Assembly: GCA_030141605.1 (NCBI GenBank)
Contig: JAQGDQ010000555.1
Location: 62,001-126,000 of the forward strand
Direction: 5' to 3'
Source of the DNA: Tubiluchus corallicola
Taxonomy: Eukaryota > Animalia > Priapulida
DNA length: 64,000 bases
Part shown: one piece after another, positions 1 through 14,373 of the stretch
How the letters are laid out: each line of letters opens with the position of its first letter
Numbering within the stretch: the first letter of the stretch is position 1
Notes under the pieces: model-generated
Database searches by the model: none
Told to the model about the DNA's origin: nothing
Seen by the model: only the letters and a program-made list of their open reading frames with translations
Position numbers and translations under genes: made by a program

Positions 1-1062
1 AACACAGAAACACAAGAAACACAGAAACACAGAAACACTAGAAACACTAGAAACACAAACACAAGAAACACTAGAAACACTAGAAAAACACAGAAACCAG
101 AAACACAGAAACACAGAAACACAGAAACACTAGAAACACTAGAAACACAAGAAACACTAGAAACACTAGAAACACTAGAAACACAAGAAACACTAGAAAC
201 ACTAGAAACACTAGAAACACTAGAAACACTAGAAACACAAGAAACACAAGAAACACAAGAAACACAAGAAACACTAGAAACACTAGAAACACTAGAAACA
301 CTAGAAACACAAGAAACACCAGAAACACAAGAAACACTAGACTAGAAACAAACACTAGAAGCACTAGAAACACAAGAAACACTAGAAACACTAGAAACAC
401 TAGAAACACAAGAAACACAAGAAACACCAGAAACACAAGAAACACTAGAAACACTAGAAACACTAGAAACACAAGAAACACTAGAAACACTAGAAACACT
501 AGAAACACTAGAAACACAAGAAACACTAGAAACACCAGAAACACTAGAAACACAAGAAACACAAGAAACACCAGAAAGACTAGAAACACAAGAAACACTA
601 GAAACACTAGAAACACTAGAAACACTAGAAACACTAGAAACACAAGAAACACTAGAAACACTAGAAACACTAGAAACACTAGAAACACAAGAAACACTAG
701 AAACACTAGAAACACAAGAAACACTAGAAACACAAGAAACACAAGAAACACCAGAAACACAAGAAACACTAGAAACACAAGAAACACTAGAAACACTAGA
801 AACACTAGAAACACAAGAAACACTAGAAACACTAGAAACACAAGAAACACAAGAAACGCCAGAAACACAAGAAACACTAGAAACACTAGAAACACAAGAA
901 ACACCAGAAACACAAGAAACACTAGAAACACTAGAAACACTAGAAACACAAGAAACACTAGAAACACTAGAAACACTAGAAACACAAGAAACACTAGAAA
1001 CACTAGAAACACTAGAAACACAAGAAACACTAGAAACACAAGAAACACTAGAAACACTAGAA
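1..1062. repeat. 9-bp minisatellite (GAAACACTA/GAAACACAA/GAAACACCA)n, runs off the window start
   Basis: Directly visible 9-bp period; it produces the spurious FLV/VSS ORFs. Confidence 0.97.
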
Positions 1063-1515
1063 ATTACACGCCGACAAATGATACTAAACATCTTTCATGA
1101 CATAGTACATCACAGGATAGGTTTAAATTTACCAACTTACATCACCCCATCTCTCAAAGATAACAACAAATTTCTTCAGCCATCAGCAAGAGGCAATATT
1201 TATTTTTACTCCTTCTACCCCAGAGCAATACGTTTGTGGAACAAACTTCCACCGGATATCAGTGAAATCACTTCTAGAGATCACTTGCGAGCACCAGCTG
1301 TTTCTACCATTAGGGTGCCATCCCACCCACCTGTCTGTAAATCTAACTGTGTTTTTAGCCCGCACCCACCATGTTTGTTTTGCTTGTTTCACCTCTTCTC
1401 ATAACCTCTGATACCATCACCAGTTAGCGAGTTGCAGCGTGTATACTAACAATATGCACCCCAAAATTTCTGGTCAAAGACTTTTTAGAAGTATATTATT
1501 CAAGACTTCAAGATC
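1063..1515 (+). mobile_element. 3' fragment of a non-LTR retrotransposon (end of ORF2 plus 3' UTR)
   Basis: Translation contains YSFYPRAIRLWNKLP, typical of the LINE ORF2 C-terminus; short CAAGACTTCAAGA tail-like repeat near 1501. Confidence 0.7.
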
Positions 1516-1640
1516 GTAATCTTAACCGTTTTAAATTCTACAGATGACATTATGGCATTATAGTAGAAAGTGAAAATAGAGGTCTGTTTATTTTCTATTT
1601 TGACTATTCTCTACTAGCTCTTGTGAAAATTAAAAAAAGC

Positions 1641-1865
1641 TTGTCTAAGCGTCACTAACGTCATCGTCCCTTCCACGTCATCATTACCTCTTTTCTTCGA
1701 CTCATAATGGGGAAGAAAGTGCATCTCGTACACACTACATGAGTAAAAAAGGTTGTCTAATCGTCACTAACATCATCGTTCCTTCCTGGTCATCATTGCC
1801 TCTTTTCTTCGACTCATAATGGGGAAGAAAGTATATCTCGTACACACTACATGAGTGAAAAGGTG
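1641..1865. repeat. Tandem duplication, about 112 bp x2
   Basis: TTGTCTAA..CGTCACTAAC...GACTCATAATGGGGAAGAAAGT...CACACTACATGAGT occurs at about 1641 and 1753. Confidence 0.8.
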
Positions 1866-4800
1866 TTGATTCTAGCAAAGCTATTAAGGACAAGCATTTC
1901 GGTAATAATAATCTAAAAGTTTTTAGGTATTCCCTGGTCATCGACTACCCTGGACCTGGCAGACATCACAGGGCTCAAATCATGCAGAAAAAACAAAACC
2001 ATAATTAAATTATAACAGCGCATTTTGACTTACCTCGATTATCAAAATACGTAGCGCCTTGGGCCACTTCGCAAAAGACATGGATCATCAATAAACGAAG
2101 AACGACTTTCGTGAACATTGTGAACTAGATGAATTTCACCTAAACATTAGCAATATACTTTAACACTGATAAAAACGTGTGAAGCCTACTTATTGAAAAA
2201 ATACTGTTAAAGCTCGGAAATATCTATAATAAATCTAGTCGTTTGCATATCCTTTTAATTATATTTTATAAAAAATTTATACAGATTTTGTGTTCAAGAG
2301 TTACATTGTACTTACATTGAAGTATTTAGTTACATGAAAAACAAAAGAACAACAAAACCCTCAGAAAAGCCACATACTCCTTTACCCCTAATTGAGTAAT
2401 TGAAATGATTATTTTTAAAAGGTTTATAAATAGTTTACTAACTCCTAGTTCCCGTAATGACAAAATATGATTGCTAAAAGCACGTGTTGATACTAAGTAG
2501 AGCTTAGACATATACACAATTAAATTTTACGGGTGGAACTTATTTTGCTTTGCTTAAGCAAGTCAAAATACAGAGGAGTAACTTGCAAACTTTCGTTATT
2601 AAAGTTATGTTGAAAAGTCCAAGAACAAAGAAAAGCAACTAAAATTCTATAGTGACACTAATTCGTAAACAGATTTGCAATAATACACGTGCATACTCAT
2701 CCAATTTGTTATGTATTAATTTTCCGTGCTTTATATTATGCCTGCATCATTATCTATAAGGTGAGCAATAATTAATGCAAGAAACCACAAATATGAAGAC
2801 AGAAGCCGCTTTGTTCGTCGACCTTCAAGATACACACAATGACAAGAGATTCTACCTGTCATTGAAATTCTGAATTAGTACCGCCGTATGTTGCGATGCT
2901 GACATCATTGCCTGCATTATGATACCTACTAAAGTAGCTGAAACGTCGCGTTTAACAAAAAATAAAAAAATCCAATATGAGCACAGCTGTTCGGGTATTG
3001 GATTTGAAACGGCTGTGTTTAAGTCAGTTCGTTTTGGGTTAATAACAACCAAACTCCAACGACAACATGTGCAGAAGACAGTGGCCTGATACTGACCGAC
3101 GGCTGCGGGCGTTGTATGTTGGAAAACAATGTAAAATAAATTTGTTGTTTATAAACTTTTTGTATAACATTTAATAGTAAAGGTCCTGTGACACTCTAGT
3201 AGATTCTTGCTATCAAAATATACTACAGATTAGCGTGATAAAAAACGGGCTTGTTTCTTTATAAAATTGCACATTTTGTTCTGATTTGCATTGAAACACT
3301 TCAAATTTGGCCCCGTACAGATGTCTTGCAAAAAAGAAAAATTGGCGAAGAAAGCGGAAGTAACGCCCTGTTAGGAACGACACTGCGCATGTGCGACTAT
3401 TGCTGTATTTAGTTCTATTTACACTTGCGTACAATATTCCATTCATTTTTGCTTTAATGTTTCTTTTTTATAATTACCGTGCATTTACATTCAGTCTTCG
3501 CTTGGAGTTAGTGTCCGGTGCAAAAAAGTTTTAAAGATTGGATCCATTCAAACATTAACGGACAAACCTAGTCAAGATGGGACCTTTATGTGTCCGTATG
3601 CACATTGATTCGTTCCACCTTAGCACTCACCTTATTGCTGCAAACTGTCACTTCAACACGATCTCTCCTCATCTTCCACACATGGGGTGTGGTCAATGAC
3701 ATCGTAACTATAGGAGCTAGAATCATGAAATTTACAGGGTAGGCAACTGAGGTGGGGGGAGATTAACATTGGTATAATGCACTTGACCTCGGATCAAATG
3801 GGTAAGGACATTGGCCACTGGTCAGTTTTTTTTGCTGTCCACCTCCTACTGGGGCTTCGGGTTAAATTCAGTTTTTTTCACAGGTATTTAAGCCCTCTTG
3901 GGTAGATGTGCATCAAATATATTCTAGAAATTGGAGTATAGGAAAGTTCCGTGTTAGTAGCAAAACGTGAAAATTAGAGCACTTGCCACTCAACTCCTCT
4001 TACAGTATTAGACTAGGAGTCAATGTATATGCATGTTTGTGCGAGTGGCTGTAAATGTACATTAAGTGTTTTCGAAAAGTGGGCGTGACTTGGTCACGTG
4101 ACATGGCAAAAGTGTGAGAATAGGGTCTGGTCAATAACTCTGTAACTATAAAAGCTAGAATCACAAAACTTGCACAATGGGCACTTAACAAGGTATCCAG
4201 AGAACTACCTATGAATGGTCACCTCTGGGTCAAAGGTCATAGCAGCTGGCCGCAAAATGTGAACTTAGTTGGAATGACTTTGTTACTCAGCACCACTTAC
4301 AGTATTGGACTAAAAGCCTATGTTATTGTAAATATGGGTTGTATTGTAAATAAAGATCGAGTGTAGATGTGTACTAAAAATTGGGCGTCGCCAGGTCACG
4401 TGACAGACGAGTGTTAAAATTGCTTGCAATAAAATGGATTTCCTAGGTAATCAAACACAGAGAATTCAGCAATAGCAGAATTATGATCTTGAGACAAAGA
4501 TTAAGTCAGTAAGGTTTTTCACTGTCAACGGTTGTAATTTTGGTCATAATACGAAATCCTAAGTGTATGACTTTGACATAAACACGGTCTAGTTCTTTAT
4601 TCTTTATAATTTCTCTGCTACAGCTCCAAAAGTTACCTAGAGTCACCAAATCTGGTGGAAACGCAAATTAAGTACTTGGGTAGTGATGTTTTGACAAGTG
4701 ATTTTTTTATTGATGTTTCAAGATCAAAAAGGAAGCTTATTGGTTCCATAATCTGGTGAATAATATTCTATCAAACATGGGCCATAATCGTAATGACATA

Positions 4801-7800
4801 ATAGCTAAGACTTTGATCAATACATATTGTCTACCAATTTTGTTAGATGAATGCGAAATTGGCGATATATCAAACGACGAACTTAATGCTATTCGACTAA
4901 AATGGAACACTGCTTACAGAAAAATATTAGGTTTTAACCAAAATGGGAGCGTCAAACTGTTAATGCTTTTCTTGGCACAGTCAGGGGCATTTTAACCAAT
5001 AGGCTAACTAGACTACAGCTTAAAGTACCAAAGTTTAAGGGTTATCACATTTTAACAAAATTCATATTCTCCTCGGAAAATGTGTGTACTTTTATATTCA
5101 TGCAAAGGACACTCCTTGTAACACACCACAGGCAGTTACTGAGGGCAGATTTATATAAGTACGACATAACGAGAAGTGCAACGTATTACACAACAAGCAG
5201 CTGCGCATCCTGTTTGAAAATAATTAATGTAATTAATAATAACCATGGAGAAACTATGTTAATAGAGTTTCTAATACACCACAAGTAATTGTCTAGTCTG
5301 TCATTACATAAAAAACCGTAAATTTACAACAGAGATTGGCGGCCCAGAACTATCAGACTAGGCCCTAGGGCGTCGTAAAGTCTTGGTACGCTCCTGGTTA
5401 TAGCAGTCTAATTAGTCTCCTATTTAATATGCTTAAGCAACTGCAGTATCTTGATTCTCTGACACGCAAGGGTACCTGATGCTCTGACGTACATCTTTCT
5501 AACTGTATTTGGAGTTCTTTTTCAGCTTACAGTTTGAAGGAAACAAATGTTTTTGTCAACAGGGTCAGCAACACTGTCACTGTAGACCTGCAGCAATTGA
5601 CATCAAACATATTGGTCTATCGCTCCGCCCCCGCACAACGTAAGCACGCTCAGCAGCATTCAGGACAACAATTGTCTAAGCTAAACTAAACAACATGACA
5701 GTCACAGCAAATGTCTAAGCAGCAGATAAAGTGATTTCACTTTTTCATAAATACAAATATGCAGAGCAGCAGCTATTTTTACACTTCAAGTAGTCAAAGA
5801 TGACTTTGAAATTTAGACAGAATATAGAGACGAAGTTTCAAACCACTAAAAAATACAGAGACATAAGTATAATAAAGAAACTAAGCCAGTTAGCTTTCCT
5901 TTACAATAAATGAGCAAAAAAATATTTAGTCTCTCTTGCCTTTAAGCAAACGAACATCAAGCCTGCCATGTATTTTTCTATATTAACTGATCACGTGCTC
6001 GTCTGCAAGATTTATTAAGGTTTTATATTTTCCGTTTGTCAGGTTACGAAAATGGAATAAATTTGACTGTTCCATTCCATAGACGACCCTTTTATTGAAT
6101 ACCCGAATCACATAAGTCCTAATGGTATCTTTTAACATTGATTAAAACTGAAAAAATAGCGTAAAATGAGCTAATATTGCATTGATGTATAATATAAGTT
6201 TTGACCACATTTGAATTCATTTTGACTGTGAAGATCTCATTGAATTTTATAAAAACTGGCCAGAAAACAAATCATTTTGTTTTTATTCCTTATTTAAAGT
6301 TAATCAAATAGTTGTTTTTATCTAACTTGCAAAGCCATAAACTAAGCTGCGTATTTTCTTGACTGCAAAATGGTTTAATCGGCATATCGGCATCTAATAT
6401 TTCTCCCGCTAACCAATGAAAAGTTGAGCATTTTTCATAACAGTGTTAGACGGAGCTGTAGCTAAATGTCTCGAACGCACCTGCTGCAGGGGTGTGTGAA
6501 ATAACTTGCACGCTGATTGGGCAGTCAACGAAAATGAATGACATTATGTTAGACGTCAATTGCCCTCTTACTTATCAGCAGTTTTGTTTTAGCTCTAAGG
6601 TTTCGTTTCCACGTTATGCATCCCTTTTGCCTGCTCGTTGGTTTCTTTGCCGCAATGGAAGGTGCTTCTGTTTTATCCTTGCTACACAATTGGAGATATA
6701 ACAATGTCAATTTTTCATTTTCGTAATAATAGCAGGTAGAACCACGAAACAGATGCTTCTGAGTGCATAAGCCCTCAGGATGGCCTGCTGCAGATAGGCG
6801 ACCTATTTCAGAACAGCTGGTCATAGGATGCACCCAAACTCACGATCGCCGAGCTTTGGCGCAGTATGAATATTGTTGCGAAACCCGCCTGAGTCAAGAC
6901 TCACGGAGACGGCCGGGCAGTTGGCCTTCGTATGAACGCGCTGCATCCTACTAGATAGGAGGCAAGCAAGAAGTAAAGACAAAAGATTATTAATTACGTT
7001 CAAACTATGCCATACCTACCGAAATGATAATCACTGCTAGGCACGAGAAAGAGCAACACACGTGGTGGTCGTGACAACCACGATAGAGACGTAGAAACCT
7101 ACGTGCTCACCTTTTTTATAGCAAATGGTACGCATGCGCAAAGCCAACCATTACTAAGCGTGCCCGCGACCACAATGATTATTATTCTTACATAGCAATA
7201 GACATTGAAATAATTAAACAGTATTACATAATGAACAATCATAGCAATGAGCCAGCAAATAAATACGTGGGTGTTTCACATTATTACTAATCTGCACATC
7301 AAAATTTTAGAGCAATCTGTTATTATAATACTTCATCTACAATAGGTGGCATTGTTGCACATCAGGCAGATCAACAGCACGTTTTCTTACACAGCTGTGC
7401 AATGCAGTTTAATAATTAATCTCTTAGTAATAGTTACAGTCTTGTCATTTAGTATATGAAAGCAATAAAACTGCTTTTTAAATTTTTGCATGGCTACAGA
7501 ATGTGAAGTTATCCTTAGTTACAATATTTTTTGTTTTAATTAACTCAGTGCATAAAGGTGAAACAGCATAGTAATCGAAATAATTACGAATTAATGATTA
7601 ATATTGACCTGTAAATTTCAAACTAACGAATGGAAACGTGGATAAATTTGTAGTACCAATAAGCTTATTTTTGCTACACTAAGTACACTTAATCTTCGAT
7701 ATTTAACACTTTGACAAATCATTGTAATTACGTATTATTATTATGTCGAATGATTTGTATCACATAGTACGTATGTTTTGAGCAGCGAAACGTGTACGGG

Positions 7801-8244
7801 TGTCATGGGGGTAAGGAGAGAGCTGAGGCACCAGGAGCTGGGCGCTGGGGAGCACCAACACACCTTGATTCCTGGTTACAGTTTGTTATGAGGTCCACCA
7901 AGGACCTAAAGTCGCATTTATGAAAGTGTCTCCAACACTGTGATAAACCACGTTTAAATCAGCACAGAAGGCAAAATATAACTCAGTGTCCAATTGTAAA
8001 TTAAACATTGCTACTAACCATAGTCATGTCTGAAAACTGACGAAGTGCTTTGTGCAGGCAAAAACGAGTTTTATTAGTTTCGATGTGACATCACTGGTAT
8101 CTCTAGCACACGTATGTGGTAAAATACAAATAAAATGCACCAGAATATTTCTCGGTGACTTTACACAAATTACACATCAAAATAAGTTTAGAACATTCGA
8201 GTAACGAGGCAATCAATTTGCTTATTAAACTATAGGTGTATGGA

Positions 8245-9076
8245 AACTATGAAACCTGTGTGACGTTCATTTAATTAGGCAACATTGAAACCTGTGTGAC
8301 GTTCATTTAATTAGGCAACTTGAAACCTGTGTGACGCTCATTTAATTAGGCAACATCAAAACCTGTGTGACGTTCATTTAATTAGGCAATATTGAAAACT
8401 GTGAGACGTTCATTTAATTAGGCGACATTGAAACCTGTGTGACGTTCATTTAATTAGGCAACATTAAAACCTGTGAGACGTTCATTTAATTAGGCAACAT
8501 TAAAACCTGTGAGACGTTCATTTAATTAGGCAACATTAAAACCTGTGTGACGTTCATTTAATTAGGCAACATCGAAACCTGTGAGACGTTCATCTAATTA
8601 GGCAACATCAAAACCTGTGTGACGTTCATTTAATTAGGCAACATTGAAAACTGTGTGACGTTCATTTAATTAGGCAACATTAAAACCTGTGAGACGTTCA
8701 TTTAATTAGGCAGCATTGAAACCTGTGTGACGTTCATTTAATTAGGCAACATTAAAACCTGTGTGACGTTCATTTAATTAGGCAACATTAAAACCTGTGT
8801 GACGTTCATTTAATTAGGCAACATTGAAACCTGTGTGACGTTCATTTAATTAGGCAACATTAAAACCTGTGAGACGTTCATTTAATTAGGCAACATCGAA
8901 ACCTGTGTGACGTTCATTTAATTAGGCAACATCGAAACCTGTGTGACGTTCATTTAATTAGGCAACATTAAAACCTGTGTGACGTTCATTTAATTAGGCA
9001 ACATTGAAACCTGTGTGACGTTCATTTAATTAGGCAACATTGAAACCTGTGAGACGTTCATTTAATTAGGCAACAC
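8245..9076. repeat. 36-bp minisatellite, about 23 copies
   Basis: Unit AAACCTGTGTGACGTTCATTTAATTAGGCAACATTG. Confidence 0.95.
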
Positions 9077-9592
9077 GAATCAAATCATGCCGCAAATAAG
9101 CTGCTATCCACAACGTTCTGAGTTAATACGTACACGGCAATTGTTATCCTTTCTGGTTAAATTTTATGAAAGCTATATTAATATGCCTACTCCGCTTTTT
9201 CTGCTCACCAGGAAGAACCAATAATGCTGTGTTCTCTATTCAACTTTGCGATAATTTTTCTAACCTGCTGATATGTCACAGTATTTGTAATATGTGATAT
9301 AATTTTTCACATTTTGGTTCTTAAATTTAGTACTTATGCGCTTGCTCAACTTTTTATTAAAATGTCATTTCAGAAATATCTAGTTCTTTCTAGACCAGCT
9401 ATCACAAACCACAGATTAGACAGCCAGATTTATTGTAAGCAATAAACAATGAAACTGAAACCATTGTTATCCAATCATTGTTGGAACAATGGGAAAGTTT
9501 CATGCTACAAATTGTCCAACGTTACTGTACAGGAACATCAGATATTGGGGTTGAAACTTGAAAATACACAACCACCTAAAATTTTAGTTGTA

Positions 9593-10087
9593 CAGTCAAC
9601 CTTGGGTATAAGGTACTCGCTTACAAGGACATTCGATTATAAAGGACCACTAATACCGGTCCCAATTTGCAGTAACGTTTTCCTTATAAGTCTTCATACG
9701 TATGGTGCTTGGATATAAGGGACTTTCGGTTATAAGGGACGATACCTTCAGGTCCCGCATAACAGAAACACAGGTAAATTACCTCGCATATAAGAGACCC
9801 TATGATCAAAGCAAAATTGATCAACTTTTAACCTCAATTTTTTGCAAACTCGGCGTTCAAACAGCTCGGTTTCTGCGGTCACATACATCTGGCATCCCCA
9901 AAGGAGCTTCCTACGTACCGTTTGCACTGAATGTGTAGCAATAATCCATAAAAATATGGGCAAAAGTACAGAAAATTAGTGGTCTAGATACACCGTCGGT
10001 CTGACTCAACTTCGGCCATAAAGGACTTCAGATATAAGAGACGATTTTTTCTGGTCCCGGGGTGTCTCTTATATCCGAGGTTGACTG
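9593..10087. mobile_element. MITE of Tc1/mariner-pogo type with TA target-site duplication
   Basis: TA|CAGTCAACCTTGGGTATAAG ... CTTATATCCGAGGTTGACTG|TA terminal inverted repeats; internal ATAAG sub-terminal repeats; no credible ORF. Confidence 0.8.
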
Positions 10088-10944
10088 TATATGAAAAATG
10101 GATGTGACAATGGGTAATAGATAATGGTTTGGCTGCAATGGGTAAATAGACGTGTCACCAAGTGTTACAAATAAACATACCTCAAAAGTTTTTAACATTC
10201 AGTGGGCTTTTGTAATTTAACACCTGGTATAAAGAGTGACACCTGGTGACTAAACTAAAAATGAACCCCAAAGTTTCAAATTTGCTGTCTAACCAAGTAC
10301 TAGTATTATTACTAAGAAGAAAGACAAATTTAATCTTTACGCCAGGAGCAAATTACTTTCCTTTACAGGAGCTTTGGGAAGACTGGCTGCTTTCCGCAAC
10401 TGCATTGAAATCAATATTGCTATCGAAACAAAATTATAATATGATAAAAATTCAATGCTAAATTTTATTAATTAATAAATAAGTCAATGATTGTTAAAAA
10501 CAATAACGTTGAAAAAAGGAACTACACGGAGCACATAAAAACACTGACATTACATTGATCAAAAACTCACGATAATGATGCTATACTATAAAATAATGTA
10601 TTAGATTATAAATTATGTATCATCTATAGTAGATTATATAGTCGTATAGTAGTCAAACAGATTATATACATATATAATTGTTTATATTGTATATATTGCC
10701 ATAGCACAATCTTAGCAACAAAGTTCAAGCAACACTGATTCTGCTCATTAAATGAGTGAATGACCACTGCTCTGTTTGCGGGTGGTTTCCTCTGACACAC
10801 AGCCATCAGTTACGGCAATAACTGAAGCAAAGTTGTACAAGTTATGCTGGTTCAGATTCTCAACTCGGAGATTGTACTTGATTACTTTTATACAGGTTTC
10901 AGGACATCCAGTTACATTTAGCATGTTCGACAGAGTTTTCGACT

Positions 10945-11400
10945 GAATACACAAGATATTCAGTTGAAAACTATGTACTCCCTCTTCCAAAAACAAATAT
11001 AATGAAACAGCCATCAAAATATAATGCTATTAAAATATGGTCATCAATTCCGCGTGAAATGAAAACTCTTAATCTTTATCAATTTAAAAAAGCATCAAAG
11101 AATTACCTACTACAACGGTATAATTAACTCACAATTCTACTCATCCTGATCTTAAGTTACTAACAAAACTTATTTTGTTGTAATGCACGTTATAACTGAT
11201 GAAAATGTAATGTTAATTGTCAATTGTTTCACTTATCTGGAGGAGGACTCGAAAGCTCAATGCTCCTTCCCCATCCTCACAATAACTCGCATAGTTTATT
11301 ATTTTTTTCAATGTAATATCAATTTTGTATGTATGTTTGAGTTGCTGTGGAATAAATTCATAATTCAAATTGCATTGATCGTTGTACTCCATTATGCTAA
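10945..11400 (+). mobile_element. Degenerate 3' end of a CR1/L2-group LINE
   Basis: Manual translation with a frameshift gives TRYSVENYVLPLPKTN...YNAIKIWSSIPREMKTLNLYQFKKASKNYLLQRY*, followed by an AT-rich UTR. Confidence 0.6.
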
Positions 11401-12266
11401 GCGGCAAACTAAAAATGAAGAATTAATTATAACTACTCAACAGCAAAGTTTTTGCCCTCCAGACTCTTAATTAAAGACCTGTAGTCATCAGTGTAAGTAG
11501 AAAAGTTTCTATGAAATGCCTGCAGATGTTTTCCTGCACAGTGATACTGAGCAACTTTCAAAAATGACAGTGACCAGTGGTGATCAGTTTCGCTCAAAAT
11601 AAGCTAGCGGTATGGTTCACAGTAAGTTTGGAAGCACTGAATCATTGTAAGTTCTTGCTCTAGCGGTTTATCTAAAACGTCTAGCTCATTTGCACCATTG
11701 GAAGACGATACTTTTATCGTTGATTGCTAGTCAGACAAGCATGACAATAATGCCATTATCAACAATGCTAAATTAGAGGATCACATGCAAACGTTTTTTC
11801 TCTTTACAGCTAAGAAATTCACAAGAAAGTAGCAACACACAAGATTCACTGTGCTTTCACCAACTTAAATCATTGTTATAGTTGACTATAATCAACTTCG
11901 ATGCATTCAAAAGGCTGCATCACACTCACATTTAAATGGTTTCTTTCTGGTACAATATTATTTTGCTAAATTGAAGCATCACTGCCTATATGATGCATCG
12001 ACCTAGTCAAAAGCGAACTAAATGTTGCTTAGTAACACAGGTCTCCATTCTTTCTTAAAAAAATTTTTGACTCTCCATTAACACTGATGTCTGTGCAAAT
12101 GTGCTTTCACATTCGCTACATTTACATGACATTTTATACGTAAATTGCAGCTAGGAAGCTTCAGACTTGGATAAACACAAAACCACACTCAACAAAAATG
12201 GCAGTTTTTGCCAGAGTGAAATATTGTCTTCACATCGAATATTAATTGACAATTGTCACATCTGTC

Positions 12267-12776
12267 TCACTTTTCATCTGGATCAACGGGAGGTAGTGAG
12301 TCATTATCAGACATGCCAGCATTCTCTCCCAAGTTAATTTGCTCTTCTACGTAAACAGCAGACTTTGAAGACAAATCTAATGGTAACTGTTCATGGTCTA
12401 GATGATTGTCCATTTTATCTTCTGAAGACAATTGGTAGTTATCAGGTATCTCAGAATTCTCCCTTGAATTTACTTCTTCGCCTTCGTACCTGTCAGACTT
12501 TGAAGATTGACTCAAGTCTAGCGGCAACTGTTCACTGTTTGAAGACTCACTCAGATCCAATCGTCCACCGCTCGAGGACAGACTCAGATCTAATTGACCA
12601 CTGCTTGAAGACCGACTCAGATCTAGTGGCAGTGGTTTGCCACCTGAAGAGTGATTCAGATCTAATAGCAGTTGTTCGTTGCTTAGCGGTTCATCTTGTG
12701 TTCCTGTAGATGGTTCAATCTTGATAACGGTTGTTTCAGTATGACCTGCCTCTGAAGTAGGTGCCGTAAAACCCAT
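12267..12776 (-). CDS. PLDLS-repeat (CtBP-binding-like) acidic exon; probable truncated paralog of the neighbouring zinc-finger gene
   Basis: Splice acceptor TTTTTCAG just upstream (exon starts 12781); VIKIEP SUMO-type motif; three LPLDLS plus three LDL-type motifs; decayed CxxC (KCSECESTF) downstream of the stop at about 12.1 kb. Confidence 0.55.
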   Translation of the reverse strand: MGFTAPTSEAGHTETTVIKIEPSTGTQDEPLSNEQLLLDLNHSSGGKPLPLDLSRSSSSGQLDLSLSSSGGRLDLSESSNSEQLPLDLSQSSKSDRYEGEEVNSRENSEIPDNYQLSSEDKMDNHLDHEQLPLDLSSKSAVYVEEQINLGENAGMSDNDSLPPVDPDEK

Positions 12777-13007
12777 TATAACTGAAAAATGAAAATAACA
12801 TGTTTAAACTGATTTACATTACCCGCCTCACTGTGGTGTAATTTGTATTGCAGCCGGTGTAGGGAAAAAGTTTAAGAAACAGACTACTGCAGTTACTACT
12901 ATGGACTACATATGTGTGTTGCATAGCAAAATCATCCATAAATCGGCATTAAACTTTTCTAGTTATTCACTTATTCTGTATCTTCATTTCATAGGGATAA
13001 TTTTGAT

Positions 13008-13500
13008 ATCAAGTTCATTACTCTATATTATTTCTAAGCTGAGACAATCCACGTTGAAGTTGAGGTGCAGGCTGCGCACTGATAAACCTAATCTTGAGAA
13101 AAATACTGCTAAAGTTAGCCATTGTTTTTTGACATATTACAAACACTTGGCAACTGTACGAAAGTGTGGCTGCTACAGATTTTAAAAGAGCAAATTGTAG
13201 TTACATTTAAATCCAATAGATGGCTCTTCCTGATGAAGATCTAGTCTTGTCAACAGAAAAAACCCGAAGCAAAATCGCTGCTTCTACGAACCGGAGTTTG
13301 AATTAGATTTTTAGTATTTTTTACACATTTTCCTGATAATTTGATACTAGAATATAAAAGTCCAATACATTTTGCATTTGTTTTCACAAAAAAGAAATAA
13401 TCAACATTTGACCAAATTCTTGGTACTTTCTACTTTGAAGCATCATAACATAGTTTTAACTATGCCGATTTACTGACGGCTTTGCTTTGCAAGCACACAT
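13008..13500. repeat. Dispersed repeat copy (second copy at about 25800-26860)
   Basis: Shared blocks CTGAGA(C/T)AATCCAC, GAAGATCTAG and CTACTTTGAAGCATCATAAC in the same orientation. Confidence 0.75.
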
Positions 13501-14373
13501 TGGTACAGCTTTTACTACAACACATCAGTTTTACTGTCAAAACTATATTTACCAATGCCACAGCAATACATTGAAACAAGGTTAATCGATAAATTTCCCC
13601 CTAATTTCCACTGCTGCTGTCTACCACTGCCATCACAAGTGCCACAATTTTCGTCACAAACAGCTTTATTACGTCAGTTCAAAATATATATGTGGTATAA
13701 TTCAAAGCACCTTGCAAAATATAGTGTGTGTTTTGAAGTAATCACAAAAAGTTTTATTTTTAAATTCAATATTACAGAAAAAGTAAAAGACGTGGCGATT
13801 TTTTCGCTTCCAATGAGTAGACTAAAAAGCGTGCTCAATTCTGATTGGCTAACCTACTAAATGCATGTAATGAAGCCAAGTTTTACAGGCAATTCTAAAT
13901 AAGTACAACTTTAGATTAAGGGGCAAGCAGAGAGAAATCTTCCGAACAGCGTGAAAAACAACAAAAGTTATTGGCACAGCAAACTGCAACGCACATTCAG
14001 TAATAATAGTGATCTTTTCTCCAAACTTGTTTTGCTCACGTTTTTTGGCTTACATATTAACCTTTTGGCCAAGGGAGGGCAGCAACCTCGGAATACTTCC
14101 AGTAGCTTCATTGGCATGATTGACGCTTGACATGCGCAGGTGTCACTGCTATGTGTCAGTTAATTCACATATTAAACAAGGCGGTATAGTCTCGTTATAC
14201 TGGCCAGCTAGAACAAAGTTTTGATGATGGGAGATTCTCGTCATATAGGCAATGACGTGGTCAAACAATTCAGGACTTCTACATAAAGACGACACTAAGA
14301 ATTTGATAAATACACAAAACAATACTATAACTGCATAATAGATTTGCCAGTCCTGATTAAATCACCTTAATGG

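Noticed and set aside
80-1091. 325-aa and 249-aa ORFs
   Set aside because: Stop-free translations of a 9-bp satellite.
2034-2118. Possible signal-peptide first exon on the minus strand (MFTKVVLRLLMIHVFCEVAQGATYFDNR, donor GTAAG)
   Set aside because: No in-frame downstream exon could be identified, so support is insufficient.
8245-9076. 36-bp repeat as a CRISPR array
   Set aside because: Units are head-to-tail with no unique spacers, there are no cas genes and the context is eukaryotic.
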